From Eledone cirrhosa (lineage: Eukaryota): 64,000 bases of DNA. The stretch lies in assembly GCA_964016885.1 (NCBI GenBank), contig OZ024740.1, positions 293,260,001 through 293,324,000 of the forward strand, given 5' to 3'. The position numbers were made by a program, and so were the translations under genes. This document shows, piece by piece, positions 40,190 through 54,676 of this stretch. The notes below the pieces were generated by a model that ran no database searches, was not told the origin of the DNA, and was given only the letters and a program-made list of their open reading frames with translations. The number at the start of each line of letters is the position of its first letter. The stretch's first letter is position 1.

Positions 40190-40861
40190 TATATATATAT
40201 ATATATATATATTTTATCTGAAACAGATAAAATAAAAATGACGTAGGCATACAATACAACATGAGGAACATAATAGTACCACTGATGATGTTGCAGATGT
40301 GCAATGAAAGAACTTTGTTAGACTATATATATATGTGTTTATATCTATATTATATCTGTATTTTTTACCATTGGTCAGTCAATGGTAAATATTGAGGACC
40401 GAATGAATTAACTGTCGAGATATAAAAGATACAGAAGCGAAAACCAACTAAACAGTGAGTGTGTTCTGTTATTATTTCTGGCAATATTATTACAACAATA
40501 TGACCCTCTCCAAGTATAAAAATATTTGTTTCGACACACGATTTCATATAAAAAAAACTCGCAAAACAAATTAATATATATACATATATATTTATTATTT
40601 TTCCCATTACATTACGTCCGTTATTCCATTTTATATCAGCCTCACTTTCAATTGTTTTAGGGTTTGTCTGGAAATCCATATCTCACATCCGCTTTAAATA
40701 AAATTTCATTCTAACGAACGATTTCAGACGTCTATGTCAATCTCGTCTGTCTTCGTGAAACCTTTGGTAAATGGAATAATTGTCTTATGTTGTTTATTAC
40801 ATAAATAAATAGCTATGTAGCTTACATAGAGCACTCTCCTTTCCTTTACCTTCTCTTCGGA

Positions 40862-40905
<44 letters not shown>

Positions 40906-41056
40906 AAATATATTAGTCGATAACTCAAACCATTGCTGGTTATGTAGTTGGTGGTTATGATGCCATTGTATCAGTGATATCATAGGGACATTTGTTGTGG
41001 CGATATCCTCGTGGTTCTAGTAATTTTCTCCTTATGATAGCAATATTAATTAAATA

Positions 41057-41241
41057 ATTGTTTCTACTTTAGGCACAAGGCCAGCAATTACCCAGTGCAT
41101 TACTGGTACTTTATTTTATCTACCCCGTAAGGATGAAAGGCAAAGTCAACCTCGGCGGGATTTGAACTCAGATCGTAAAGGGACGTAACTATGCTGGAAA
41201 GCATGGCGTCCGACCCTCTACCAATACTGCCAATCCACCGC
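41057..41241 (-). mobile_element. SINE family A with TSD
   Basis: Family A consensus; direct repeat gcaatattaattaaataat on both sides. Confidence 0.88.
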
Positions 41242-42099
41242 AATATTAATTAAATAATGGATGACTATCTTATTATAGCCGTCTATTTTTTATGATGATG
41301 ATATCGTTTAATGAGAATGAATGGAGACAGTTGTAACAGCTATTGTGAAATAATTGTTCGGGTGAGAAACATTAAGTCGAAGAACAATATTGTTTTGATC
41401 TAAAAAGAATTTATATTTTTGGATTCAGAAATTAGTTATTATCTCAACAAGGTGACCACACTAGTGATTCATTGATTAGTTTAAATGGAAAGTACTAGAT
41501 TACCCTAGAAAGAACGGAAAGCAAATATTTAGTTCTCCATGTTTTAAAAGTTGTACACACAGAATATATGATATGATTAGCGTTCTAAGATGAGTCAGGA
41601 TTTTTAAAGCGAATTGATTTCCAGTTAACCTTTAGAAACTGTTGAATGAAATTCTAGCATGCTTCAACTTGTCACAAACAAAATCTATTTTTCAGGTATT
41701 GAGAATATGATGTGAAACAATCACAGAAAAAAAAAATACTATCCAAATTAATTATCTCTTTAAAGATAAGAAATGTTCTTATGCTGTCGTAATAAAAAAG
41801 GGGTAAAAATATTAAAGACATTTTATTGTAAGTAACGAAGCATCAATTGTTACAATGAATCAAAGTTACAAGTTCAAATTGTTCTAAATTATTGCGATAT
41901 GTTCTCGTTTAATAATTCAGGTTAATAAAACAAAAAACTATAGTGGAAACTAGTTGAGAGCCAGTACATATATATATGCTAATGAGTCCATGGTAGTCAT
42001 CAGCTCCACATAGCTGCTATTTTACATATTATTATTTTTTTCCGTATGCCAGTTTTTATTAAAAAGCAAAAAGCAAACCTTATTTAGTAACCTTATTTA

Positions 42100-42550
42100 G
42101 TAAGAAAAAATTGAAAAAGGGGAAACAAAGGGAAAGAAAGAATAGGGTAATATAGAAAAAAAAAGAGAGAAAGAAAGAAGAAAATGAACGGGAAAGGTAG
42201 GGGATGGTAAGAGCTCTGGTGTCGCAAAAGCGAGGGGGTGGGGGTAGGGTGATTGGGCTTTGGGCCTAGGGCAAAGGGCATGGAGTGCTGCGCCCCGTGG
42301 ACAAGACGCAAAACATTCCTCTGGACGATGGCCAGTGACACCCACTACAACAGCCACCCTACCTCGCGGGGCTCCCTCCTCATACGGGCCGCCGACGTTC
42401 CGATCTTGCGGAGGAGCCCGGCAGTACGGGGTCCAAGTACGCCTGAGGTCTTGACGGCGACCGGTGCAAACCCTGGTATTTGTTTATTTTACCACCTTCG
42501 AATGGGAAAGGGTGATTCCGTCGGAGCCATTGTCATCTCCGTGGTCTAAA
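42100..42550 (-). pseudogene. CRE-like retrotransposon 3' end (RLE domain)
   Basis: Minus strand KINKY..FAPVAVKTSGVLGPRTAGLLRKIG..REVGWLL*WVSLAIVQRN; shares ttgtccacggggcgcagc with the 12980 copy. Confidence 0.7.
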
Positions 42551-42847
42551 CCTGCTGGCTCCAGTTATTTTAAATAATGATTTATTATCCAGTTTGATTT
42601 TTAGTTGTCTTCAAGCTTTTTCTGTAGTAACAAGAATGTTTCTCGGTAATTCATACAGCAACCGGAAACGATGTTGAACCATAAACTTTACAACAATGAC
42701 TGATTCGTATTAAAAAGGTAAACAGAGAAAGAAGAGTGTTTAATTCTATCAGACTGATTAATTATCTTATGGTAAAGTGGACTTTACATAAGTCATTGAA
42801 TTGATGACAGACTATTAAATATGTTGTGTTTCTGCTGTATATATTGT

Positions 42848-43130
42848 GGAGGCGCGTAGACTTGTGATAAGGGAGGTGGTCTTACAATAATAATGTCATG
42901 GTTTGGATTCATGGTTTGGGTTGTGTGTTCTGTCCTTGAGCAAAACACTTCATTTCACGTTGCTCCAGTATACGCATCTAAAAATTAGTATCGGCAGCAA
43001 TAGTTGAGGTTTAATCCTGCGATGGACTGGCGTCCTGTACGGGGTGGTGGGGTGGAGTCTTGTATTCTCAGTCACTTCACGCCACGAAACCGGGATAACC
43101 TGATGAAACTCCTGGCTTGGACTTCTTTGG
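42848..43130 (+). mobile_element. SINE family C
   Basis: ggaggcgcgtag..gtccttgagcaaaacacttcatttcacgttgctccag. Confidence 0.6.
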
Positions 43131-44339
43131 CTGTACATATCGAGTGGATCATTTCTCCCAGCGGAGTAAATTTCAGTACAATGATTTACTAGAACACGCA
43201 TCGATTTTACAGTCCAGTTTGTTATTGGTGTTTAGCCCAGATCAAGCGAGCAGATTTATGATTGAACAAACCTATGAATAAAGACATTGTAACCATAACC
43301 ATCATCTATTTATACAGATATTGAACCCAGGACCACATTATCCAAAATGTTACTTTTTTCTAAATCGTAAAGATTTTATTTTTAGTAGTTTGATCGACCA
43401 CGTAAAGGTTCTCAGGCTGATTCATTTGGTTATTCAAAAATAGAGGAATGGTACCTTTTCATGATTGATATGGTGAGTTCAATGTTTTGAAAATGGACGC
43501 AATACTGCCCAAACGAAGCCATACGTACTATAGGAGGCAGTCTAGCTCAGTAGTAGAAAATTCTATAAATGAGATATTTAAGGATCAATCCCGTGTATCT
43601 CCTATTTTCTATTGTTTACTTTTTTTACAAGCTACAAACGAACTTCTGGTGCGGGGTACTAAACCTGCTAGAAAAGACTGTCAAATCGTGTTCACAACAC
43701 ACTTCTCGTCATAAAAAGTCGCAAGACACAACTGATAATTTAATCAAAGATGCTTCTGAAGAAAGTGTTACCACGGCTGAAATTTAAATTACTATTTGTT
43801 CTATCAAGATAGATCCGTAGTTAAACAGCAATATATGAACTGACACCCACCTTCATTAGTCGACCATGCGTGCCTGTTGTCCTGGCCAGTTGGGATACTT
43901 GATTCAACCACAAAGACTTACTATTCAGCTAGTTACAATTCAAGATGGAATAAAAGACATATAGAGAGGTAAACAGGAAATGAGAAAGAAAAAACAAAAT
44001 TTGAGAAAACTGATGATGATTTGCACCAGCTAAGAATATACAGTGAAGTTCGTAAATTTGCTTAAATTTGTAAGCTGCGAAGATAAGAGAAATTTCACCT
44101 TTCAAGCTGTTTCCGAAAAGTGTCTGGATTTCATTACGATTACAACAGACAATTTTTGTTATGTTATTCTTAATGAAATATCTCGTTATACACTCAAATC
44201 TATTTTTTCATAAAGCCAGTTTGACCACCGCCCAGATAACAATATAATCTCCCTTCCACACTATCAACGAAACAGCCTGAAATAATAGAGAGTTCAGTTC
44301 TTCTATTGAATAAACCTTGTCAATATAGACATTCATCTA

Positions 44340-44863
44340 ATTTCGTTACTCGATACAGTGCGTAGCTCATAGATCAGAGAGTCACCCCAGGTAGAGTCGC
44401 TACTTCTTCGAATTGAGAGTCACAGTCCCAATACTATAGGTATGTTGTTAGAATAGGATTCCCCCGAAGGGTCTTTGGAGTAACGTTACTCAATACAGTC
44501 TGTAGCTCAGAGATCAGAAACTCACTCCAGGCACGTGTCTCAGAAAAGAATCGCTAGACACCAATCGAGATGGTTGGATAGCACTCCTGAGCTTGGCTGG
44601 TCTTGCATAGGAATCCAGCTCTGAATCAACTGGAAACGGTTTCTTGTGACAGAACCTACTGAAAATGAGTAATTAAGGACTCTGACCCTGCGACCCTCTC
44701 AGGAATAAATGAGCGGCGGCGGCAGAGAAGAAGAAGAAGAAGAAGAAGAAGAAGAAGAAGAAGAAGAAGAAGAAGAAGAAGAAGAAGAAGAAGAAGAAGA
44801 AGAAGAAGAAGAAGAAGAAGAAGAAGAAGAAGAAGAAGAAGAAGAAGAAGAAGAAGAAGAAGA
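44340..44863 (+). mobile_element. RTE-clade LINE 3' fragment with long (GAA)n tail
   Basis: gatggttggata..cttggctggtcttgc..ggactctgaccctgcgaccctctcagga then (GAA)n. Confidence 0.65.
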
Positions 44864-45364
44864 AGGTCTATTTTCGTTTGATTCTAGATTTAGTTGTATA
44901 TATTCGAATCCATCAATTCTATAACTGAAAGGCAATGTATTTTATTACAACAAATTCTTTTCAAATCTTTATCGATGTAAATCCGTGTCGTATTACATCC
45001 GATTATGTCAAAACTGTAAATTAATGATTCGATAAATAGTGATCGATAGAATATGTTTTATCATCATTATGATCGATTAAGTCCCTAAGCCAACTTAACC
45101 CTCTATGCGGTGATTCATGAGAAAATATTTGCTATATTGTTTTGCTAACGAGACTCTCTGTGTATAAAACTATATGTTGATGAACGATAGTGAAATAACT
45201 AGCTCTACTATACGATCCATTTGGCAGGTAACACAGACTTCTTCTGGGGTTGATATGTAAGAATAAGTAAAGAGGACTTCTGGAATAAAAGACAAAATTA
45301 TTGAGCTGGAAAATATGGTTAAGGATGGAGAAGAACTGGTCATCGCATATTTGCCGATCACCAG

Positions 45365-45478
45365 CTATGATGATGATGATGATGATGATGGTAGCGGTGG
45401 TGGTGGTGGTGGTGGTGACGATGATGGTGATGATGATGGTAGTGATGTTGATGATGGTGGTGGTGGTGGTGATGGTGG

Positions 45479-45511
<33 letters not shown>

Positions 45512-45960
45512 TCATTAGTGATGTTGATGATGATGATGGTGTTGGTGATGATGGTGACGACGATGATGGACGATGATGATGGTGGTGACGACGATGATGG
45601 TGATGATGATAATGATGGTGGTGATGATGACGACGATGATGGTGATGATGATAATGATGGTGGTGATGATGACGACGATGATGGTGATGATGATGATGGT
45701 GATGATGATGGTGTTGATTATGGTGATGGTGGTGATGATGATGGTGGTGGTGATGATGATGATGGTGGTGGTGGTGATGGTTTAGGTGGTGGTGATGATG
45801 GTAATGATGATGATGATGATGGTGGTGGTGATGGTGGTGGTGATGAGGATGATGATTATGGTGGTGGTGGTGGTGGTGGTGGTGGTGGTGGTGGCGTTTG
45901 TGGTTGTGCTTGTGGTGATGATGAGGATGATGATGATGGTGGTGGTTATGCTGCTGCAGC

Positions 45961-45995
<35 letters not shown>

Positions 45996-46020
45996 GTGGT
46001 GGTGATGGTGGTGATGACGA
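45365..46020. repeat. (GAT)n/(GGT)n compound microsatellite
   Basis: Directly visible. Confidence 0.9.
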
Positions 46021-46190
46021 GGGTTGTCTAATATCTTTAAATGTGGTGCTTCAGCACAGCCACAGTCAAAACTTGGGCAGCCTGTACAAACGGAATGAAA
46101 GAAGTATAAATTCGAATTTGAAACAAATCATAAACTATGTGAAATCTGCTACCTAGTCAAATCTTGGAAAATGATGACATTATTCTCTAT

Positions 46191-46604
46191 ATCAAAAGCA
46201 TGTATTGAGTTAGAAACTCAAAATAGTCTCATTACAGTAAAATTAGCTCTAGGAAAAAGATTTTTCCGAGCCGTATAGTATAACTGAACAAAAAAGAAAA
46301 ACGAACACAGACATATACATGTATGCGTTCAAATCGTAATAGACCAGAAACGCTAAGGTGAACAAAAAATACTAACTACAGACAATAGGGTATGCTAGAC
46401 TCAATTTAAGAATAAATCAAGAAAAATAAATACAAACCAGTATTGTGGGGTTGTTAGCACAATACTGGTTGGTATTTATTTTTCTTGATTTATTCTTAAA
46501 TTGAGTCTAGCATACCCTATTGTCTGTAGTTAGTATTTTTTTCACCTTAGCGTTTCTGGCCTATTACGATTCGAACGCATATGTCTGTGTTCGTTTTTCT
46601 TTTT
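46191..46604. mobile_element. Fold-back element with 16-bp TSD
   Basis: Arms approx. 46289-46447 and 46459-46606; TGACATTATTCTCTAT at 46175-46190 and 46605-46620. Confidence 0.8.
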
Positions 46605-46699
46605 TGACATTATTCTCTATTAAGTTATCGTTGCTGTTGTTGTTGTTTTGCAATTATTTATATTTTAATATTCTACATAAATTATTCATTTCACATACA

Positions 46700-46918
46700 A
46701 GGACGGTAGTTTGGCAGTATCGGTAGAGCGTCAGATAATATGCTTTGCGACAGAGAGTCACTGCCCTTTACGTTCTGAGTTCAAATCTCACTGGGGTTAT
46801 CTTTGCTTTTCATTCTTACGGGGTCAATAAAATAAAATACTAGTAATGCACTGAGGTCAATTTAATCGAATTTCACTTTTCAAAATAATTGCTGGCATTG
46901 TACGTCAACCAGAAACAT
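46700..46918 (+). mobile_element. SINE family A
   Basis: Family A consensus, diverged. Confidence 0.75.
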
Positions 46919-48628
46919 TTCATTTCACATGTTTAAATATTTGTGAGAGTTTTATTCTGTTCATTCATGTTATTCTAAAACTGTTTTAGCTAGTCGCAGC
47001 TGCTCAGAGCGATGTAACGATTTATTTTAGTCAATTTTATGTGAAAATAGTTGAATAATTAACAAATATAAACGTGCATGTACGCCTCTGTGTAGGTGTT
47101 TGTGTGTTCACGTGAATATAGTTAAATAACAAAACACATATCACATTATATTTTTATGTTTGATAAATTAGTTAATTTGTTGTTGTTATTGCTGCTGCTG
47201 TTGCTGCTGCTGCTGCTGTTGTTGTTGTTTAATCCTAGGCCAGCTGTTGATCAAGCAGATCTATATAGTTTTAAAATAGTTATTCCTTCAACCTCCCATC
47301 GTTTTTCTAGGTACAATACCCCTAGCCTTACATTATTCAACGAGTCCTCCTTTTCTAAATGGGTAGAACAGAAGCGGTGAGCCTCTTCATGTTGAAAGGC
47401 CGCATTAAGTTACCTGTAATATAATAAGGCGGAATTCTTAGAATTGACATAAATTTGTAAAAACCTAATTACTATGTACTAATTATCTAAAAATACGAAA
47501 AAAATTATTTTTAAAGCTAACTACCTTTTAATGACTGTCTCTTTCAATGAGAACTATAACTGATAGCCAGTATGAGTTAGCTTTAAATGGCCGGTATGAA
47601 CAACTAATCTTTTTAATTCTGGCTGTCTGTCAGTGTGCATTATTTCGTTGAATTTTCTTCGTTGAAAATACGTTCATCTTATGGTTTAAATTAATATAAG
47701 AGATAGACAAAGACATATTAATAAAAATTAAAAATTTGTTAGAAATATTTTATTCTTTCAAAAGACCGCACATAATGGCATAGAAGGCCGTAGGTTCCCC
47801 ATCTCTGGAGTGGAATATGGTTTGACGGGGATATCGTTGTTAATGTCAGATCGAATGATGAAACATGGAGTAACTTCTTTGTTGGTTCTTTGATGAATTG
47901 TTAATTTTCCTAAGAAACATTAATATGTCAACTTCAAAGTGAAATGATATGAATATCGATGCCTGTTTTCTTTCTGAAAGCTCTTTGGAATATTGAACAC
48001 AGTACTACAAAAATAAAAAAAGAAGGCATTCTTACCAATTATCTCCACTGCTTTTGTGAAACCGTCAGTGAATCTCCTTGTTACATGATAAGTTATCTGA
48101 AATTTATTCATCTCTCATTTTAAGATATCTACACATCTACTCAAAAATCGGCATTCACGTTACTATTTTTTATTCTACTTTTCTATAACATGTCGGATAT
48201 TTGATCACAAATACATTTCGATTCTGGACAGAACAGCCTTCGACTAATTTAATTTTCCACCAATCTATAATCTCTACAAATCAGATTTTCTTACAATCTA
48301 TAATCTCGACACGACAATTGGACTTTATATTGGAGATTTTGTATTGGAGATTTTATAGCAACATTAAACAGCGTCTTTCACTACATGTACAAAACGAAAG
48401 TCCAAGCTAATTCTTGTTTTTCTGCCACCCTCTCTGTTATTTTACGTTCCTTTTACATATCGCTACAAACATTCTGTTTAAAAAGGGAATGTAAATATTT
48501 ATTTCACTTTCAATCCTATCTTGCCTTCCCTCCTTCCAAGATCAATAGAATAAAATACCAGTCATGTACTGGGACTGATTTAATCAACTTTGCTCTTCCC
48601 TCAAATTTGCTGGCCTTGCGCTTGAATT

Positions 48629-48863
48629 AGAACTCAATATGCAAAGTCGTCCATAATAAGAACTCAATATACAGAGTGGTCCATAATAAGAACTCAATAT
48701 ACAGAGTGGTCCATAATAAGGATTCAATATACAGAGTGGTCCATAATAAGGATTCAATATACAGAGTGGTCCATAATAAGAACTCAATATGCAGAGTGGT
48801 CCATAATTAGAAATCAATAAGGGTGGTATATAATAAGAACTCAGTATACAGGCTGGTGCATAA
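48629..48863. repeat. 30-bp minisatellite at the 3' end of a SINE remnant
   Basis: 6 clear copies plus degenerate ones of agaactcaatatacagagtggtccataata. Confidence 0.9.
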
Positions 48864-50106
48864 TCAGCTTACTAGTTTACTGTTTACTGTTTACTGTTAT
48901 GTGAATAGAAAAGAAACCATAATGATGTTTATCTTTCTTCCATAAGCAATAAACGGGCAATTCATGTAAATATATGCAGTGACAGTTAATATTTGAAATG
49001 ATGTCCATATAAATTCCATTACTATGTTTCTTTATTGTCAGTAAGCTAAGTGTATATATTTGCGTGAGTGTGAGTGTATGTGTGTGTGCATGTATGTGTA
49101 CGTGCGCCTATATGTGTACATGTGCATGTATATGTACGTGTGCGTGTATGTGAACCTGTGCCTGTAAGTGTACGTGTGCGTGTATGTGTACGTATGCATG
49201 TGTGTATGTATGCGTGTATACATGTATGTGTACATATTGATCACTATACTTTAAAAGATTTTAGATAAAATCTGTAATGCATATATATAACAATATTAAT
49301 AAATATTAACACTTATAATGGTTAATAAAGATTTGTTTGATAAAATGTTTGATGAATTGTTTTCTCGCAAGACTTTTGTGCTTTTAAATTACACGATACA
49401 TTAATTTTAGGATCATAAATAGAAAGTTAGAAACTTTGTTCCAATCCGTCATTCAAGGAGACTCCATGGAATTGTTGATAGCATTATAGGCGCATCATTA
49501 CGTGCTGAGTTCAAATCCTGCCGATGTTAGCTTTACCCTTTATCCACACGGGGGATTCCCATCTTGAGGTGGGCAGTAATTGTCCACCGTCGAAAGTAGA
49601 CCCTGACGCCTTGCTCTTACACCAACCATGTGCAAGCGTATAACCCGTAGACTGCTGGTTTCCGTGTTTTGCCACTGTGGTGAGGTGACACTCGAGTATC
49701 CTCACCAGAGCGCAGTCATAGGCAGAGTCTTATGAGAGATCGGCAGTTGCCTATGCAGCACGTCACCCCTCTTAACACCACCGGTGTTGTCCAAGGAAAG
49801 GCAAGGGGCCAAAGCAACTTGACACTGGTGGGGCCGTAGGAGTTGCCAGAGCAGGTTGAATATAACATCGAACGACTTTAGGGACGCCAACTCCGGATTT
49901 ATCCCTAGGGTATTACACTCGAAGGCCTTCTCATAAATGGGTATAGTCGCAAGGCAGCAGGGGTTTAAAATCAGAGTTTGTCTTGTCTTCTATGTGTTAT
50001 GTATATATATATATATTATATGTACACACACATTTAGAGAGAGAGAGAGAGAGAGAGAGATACATACATACATACATACATACATACATGCACACACACA
50101 TATCTA

Positions 50107-51455
50107 TAGTGGTGTGCATAATTCGGAGACCACCCCCAATAATTTTATTAGGTTATGTTAATATTGAACATGGAGCAATTATTAGATAAAGATAGTATAT
50201 TATTACAAACATACAGCACAAAACATTATGCTCCAAATTGTCTATTCCAAAGTACTAATTTGTTTGATGACCTTTAGCAGCAATTACTGCAGCAATTCTG
50301 TGAGGCATTCATTCCACCAAGGGGGCACAATATTCAGGTGTAATGTGTTGTGTCCATACAGTAAGAGTTTTTTTTGTTTTAAATCAGTAATTGAGCTGGG
50401 ATTTAGCTTGGCAACTTTGTCTTTCATCAATTTCCAACAGTTTTCAGTTGGATTTAAGTCAGGACTTGAACCTGGTCAAAGTGCCGGCATTTCAATATCA
50501 GATTCTCAAAGAAATCGGTTAATGGTTTTTGACCTGTGGCAAGGAGCACCATCCTGTTCATATATCTTGCAACCATGTCTCTCCATCCATAATGGGACCT
50601 TTTCTCATATGATTTCCAAATATATGTTTGCATTTACAGTCTTTCCTGCTGGAATTATGGTCAGTGTAGCTCGTTCATTTAGGCTTATTGATCCCAGACC
50701 ATCAATGATTGTGAATGTTTAACTGCAGGTTTGACATAACGAGAATTATAACGCTGTCCAGGTGGTCTTCTTACATGGTGATTATAAGGAGCAAATTGTC
50801 TAATTAATGTTTCATCACTAAACATTACCTCACTCCGTTGAGCAGCAGTCCGGTGATGATAAATGTTGCAGAACAACAGACGGTATTTGATGCTTTCATT
50901 TGAAAGCTGAGGCTTGGCAGCTGGCTTAAAAGTCCGAAGGTTAAAATCCTTAACACAGCGTCGTCGGATGGTAAGTGATATGTTTGTGTCCTGGGGAATT
51001 TGGGCTTGGATAAATGAACTGGAAACAGTGGATATGACACTGCAAGTCGGCGTATCATGTGATCTGTTTGAACACTTAATTTGCTTTGTCTTGTTTGGGT
51101 TAAGAGTGCCTGTTGTTGAATTACGGGTAAATGTTTTTTGAACACTAGTCTTAGATACACCAAATCTTACAGATATTTGACGTTGGGAATAACATTCCTC
51201 GTGAAGAAGGATGATATTTGCACGTTTTTAGCTTGAAATAGCAGCCATGTTAGTTCTCAAAAAGGTATTAAAATGCTGATCCCGTTTACTATATATGAAA
51301 ATACAACAAATAGTGTGATTCGTTGACTGATGTACTGATTGAAAAAAAATTAAAATTAAGTGTGATGATATTTTCACGCTTGTGTGTGTGATACTTAGGT
51401 TACAAATAATATGACAGCTAAAATGCAGGTTGTCTCTAAATCATGCACTACACTG
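50107..51455 (-). mobile_element. Decayed Tc1-family DNA transposon
   Basis: TA-flanked imperfect TIRs (tagtggtgtgcataattcggagaccaccc / aggttgtctctaaatcatgcactacactg); minus-strand VMFSDET, LMVW, QDGAPCHRSK, PGSSPDLNPTENCW, MPHRIAAVIAAKG with stops and frameshifts. Confidence 0.88.
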
Positions 51456-51597
51456 TATATCTATATATATATATACATTTAGTTTAATGGTTTGTAACTT
51501 CTCGTTAATATTGGTTCACACATTGCAAAAGGCATACAGAAATAACAAAGCAAACGACACAGTACAATGAAGAAATATATTATTAGTTTTACGTTTG

Positions 51598-51629
<32 letters not shown>

Positions 51630-51782
51630 TAGAAAGTGAGGTTTTTTTTTGTTTTTTTTTTTTACAAATTGAAAAATAACCAAGGTGTCCTACACGAGTG
51701 AAAGTATAAAGAAACAGAGATGAAATCGAAAGTGCAACTGGAGTCTTATTTTTTTTTTTAAATATATATATTTATTTGGTTC

Positions 51783-51818
51783 CTTTACCGGTTTCGCAGT
51801 TCTTCTGCTTTTCAAAAG
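51783..51818 (-). ncRNA. Minimal hammerhead ribozyme, U3-A8 core variant
   Basis: Minus strand CUU UUGAAAA GCAG-AAGAA-CUGC GAAA CCGG UA/ AAG. Confidence 0.7.
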
Positions 51819-52668
51819 TAGAGTTGAGATGGAGGGTCTGTGGTTTTTCTCACATCTGGTTGGTCTCTGAATGTTACTTGTTTTATATGGAAAAAGTGGC
51901 TCGAAATGCCAGGTTTTTCGAGAAGTAATTTGATTGGTTGGTCAATAATTATAATAAATTTCGCGCCAGTTCGCGTTACAACAGTTCTTCAAATAAGAGG
52001 GGGGGTTGTCACAGGTTGTTTTTTCATATATGAGTGTTTGAATTTCTTTTTACTTGAAAAAAGGGGCTCACGAAGGCTTTTTTTTGGTTGGTTATAAATG
52101 AAATTATGTCTGTCACGTGAACAAGTTTTCATTAAATTTTCGCGCCTTTATTTGGAAATCCATTCTGTAGCCTTTTTAGAGAATTTTATGATAAGTGAAA
52201 GATAATGGTCAAGAGAAATGGGATGGGAGAATTGTTCTGGTTCAGTGAATATGGTTAGTTCGCTGGGGTGTCAGAATTCAGATTTTCTATTGAATAAAGA
52301 AAGTAAAGATATGTATATTTATTTGTGTGCTTGTGTGTGTGTGCGTGTGTGTGTGTGTTGTGTGTGTGTGTTTGAATTTCTTTACTTAAAAAAAGGTGGC
52401 TCACGAAGGCTTTTTTTTAATAAACGTGATTTGATTGGTTATAAATGAAATTTGGCTGTCACGTGAACAAGTTTTCATTACATTTTCGCGCCCTTATTTG
52501 GAAATCTATTCTGTAGCCTTTATAGAGAATGTTATGACAAGGAAAAGATAGTGGTCAAGAGAAATGGGATGGGAGAATTGTTCTGGTTCAGTGAATATGG
52601 TTAGTTCGCTGGGGTGTCAGAGTTCAGATTTTCTATTGAAGTAAAGATATGTATGTTTATTTGTGTGC

Positions 52669-52767
<99 letters not shown>

Positions 52768-53179
52768 GGTGTTATGTGTGTGTGTGCGAGTATGTTAAGA
52801 TGGAGAGAATATATATTTTGTGTGTGTGTATATGTGTGTAGGAAAGTGGTTCTATTAGTAGAAATGGGGGAGGGAGTTGTGGGTGTCGGGTTGTTATGTG
52901 TGTGTATGGGTGTTATGTGTGTGGGAGTATGGTTAGCATGTTAAGATGAAGAGAATATATATATATATATATTGTGTGTGTGTGTGTGTGTAGGAAAATG
53001 ATTCCTTTAGTAGGAATATTTTTGAATGAACATATTTTCCTTACTTATTCGTATTTGTTCTGTTGTATTGTCTGTGCAAACGTATGTTAAGGTTTATTTA
53101 GTTCGGGTTTTTATTTTCTATAGTAGAAGGTGTTATGTGTGTGTGTGTATGTCATATTATGGTGTTGACATAATGTATA

Positions 53180-54186
53180 TTAAACCATATTTAATGCTGG
53201 TCTATATTTTTGAATAAACATATTTTCCTTATTTATTCGTATTTGTTCTGTTGTATTGTTAGCGCAAAGGTAAAATGGGAAGACTTGGAATTTGGGTGTC
53301 TTATTACTTGCGCAAATGTCTAGATATGCACTTAGTGGTAACTGTCTCGTGGTTGGATCTCGTAATTGTTGGCGATGAACTGTCATTCTGTTTCTGAGTG
53401 TGAGTTTAGTTTGTCCTATATAATCTTCATTGCATCCTTTACATTTAATGGCATAAATTAGATTTTTTGATGAGCAAGTGAAGTGATTTTTTACAGTAAA
53501 ATTTTGTCCTGATTTAAATGTATACGTGTTGCCTTCAATGAGGTGAGTGCAGGTTCTACAATTAGAGCGACCACATTTTTTGATACTTGGTTGTGGGTTT
53601 GTGGTAGGTAATTTGGCATTGGTGAGTAATGTTTTCAGTGATTTTGGTTGTCTTTTGCTTTTGATTATTTTGTGTGTTTCAAGGGCTTTTTTCATTCTTG
53701 GGTTTTGTTTTAGTAGTGGGATGTTCTTGTGAATAGTGTTGTAAGCTTCCGCATTTCTTGGGTTGTGTGTTGAGATATATGATAGAATATTGGACGTACC
53801 TTGAATTTGTTTCTGTTTCCGTAATTCATCAATGCCTATTGCTTTAGCCCTTTCTATTCCATTATTTATTAGTAATAGTGGGTACTCTCTCTCGAGTAGA
53901 ATTTCCTTTAATTCTTGAAGTCTTTTATTTCGCGTTTCATAATTGGAGACAATTGTGCAAATTCTTCTTGCTAGGTTAAAAGGAATGTTCGTTTTCGTGT
54001 GCTTTGGATGGTTGGAGGTGAATAGCAGATATTGTTTGGAATCTGTTGGTTTGTAGTGTATGTCAGGTTCGATATTTGTGTCTTTTTTTAAGATTAAGAT
54101 GTCCAGAAATGGGAGTTGATCTTGGCTGTATTCCATTGTGAATTGGATGTGGTTATTGATGCCGTTTATTAAGTTTTTGAAATCTT
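53180..54186 (-). CDS. PLE polyprotein C-terminal part: RT thumb, Cys linker, GIY-YIG endonuclease (5'-truncated)
   Basis: IQFTME..LPFLDI..YKPTD..YL..SNHP..IP; CGRSNCRTC; FTCSSKNLIYAIKCKGCNEDYIGQT..LRNRMTVH. The first approx. 21 aa of the 355-aa ORF derive from the inverted pLTR. Confidence 0.88.
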
Positions 54187-54676
54187 TACTTTCTTTATTC
54201 AATAGAAAATCTGAATTCTGACACCCCAGCGAACTAACCATATTCACTGAACCAGAACAATTCTCCCATCACATTTCTCTTGACCATTATCTTTCACTTA
54301 TCATAAAATTCTCTAAAAAGGCTACAGAATGGATTTCCAAATAAGGGCGCGAAAATTTAATGAAAACTTGTTCACGTGACAGACATAATTTCATTTATAA
54401 CCAACCAAAAAAAAGCTTTCGTGAGCCCATTTTTTCAAGTAAAAAGAAATTCAAACACTCATATATGAAAAAACAACCTGTGACAACCCGCCCCCCTCTT
54501 ATTTGAAGAACTATTGTAACGCGAACTGGCGCAAAATTTATTATAATTATTGACCAACCAATCAAATTACTTCTCGAAAAACCTGGCATTTCGAGCCACT
54601 TTTTCCATATAAAACAAGTAACATTCAGAGACCAACCAGATGTGAGAAAAACCACAGACCCTCCATCTCAACTCTA

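Noticed and set aside
40282-40325. CTGATGA..GAAA motif with hairpin
   Set aside because: No stem I or stem III pairing
43487-44130. Possible host exon or retrocopy
   Set aside because: Short ORFs with stops, no recognisable domain or consistent splice pattern
45482-46156. 224-aa Asp/Gly-rich ORF
   Set aside because: Translation of a (GAT/GGT)n microsatellite
48629-48863. CRISPR-like regular 30-bp repeats (also 58755-58890)
   Set aside because: No unique spacers, eukaryotic context and no cas genes; plain minisatellites
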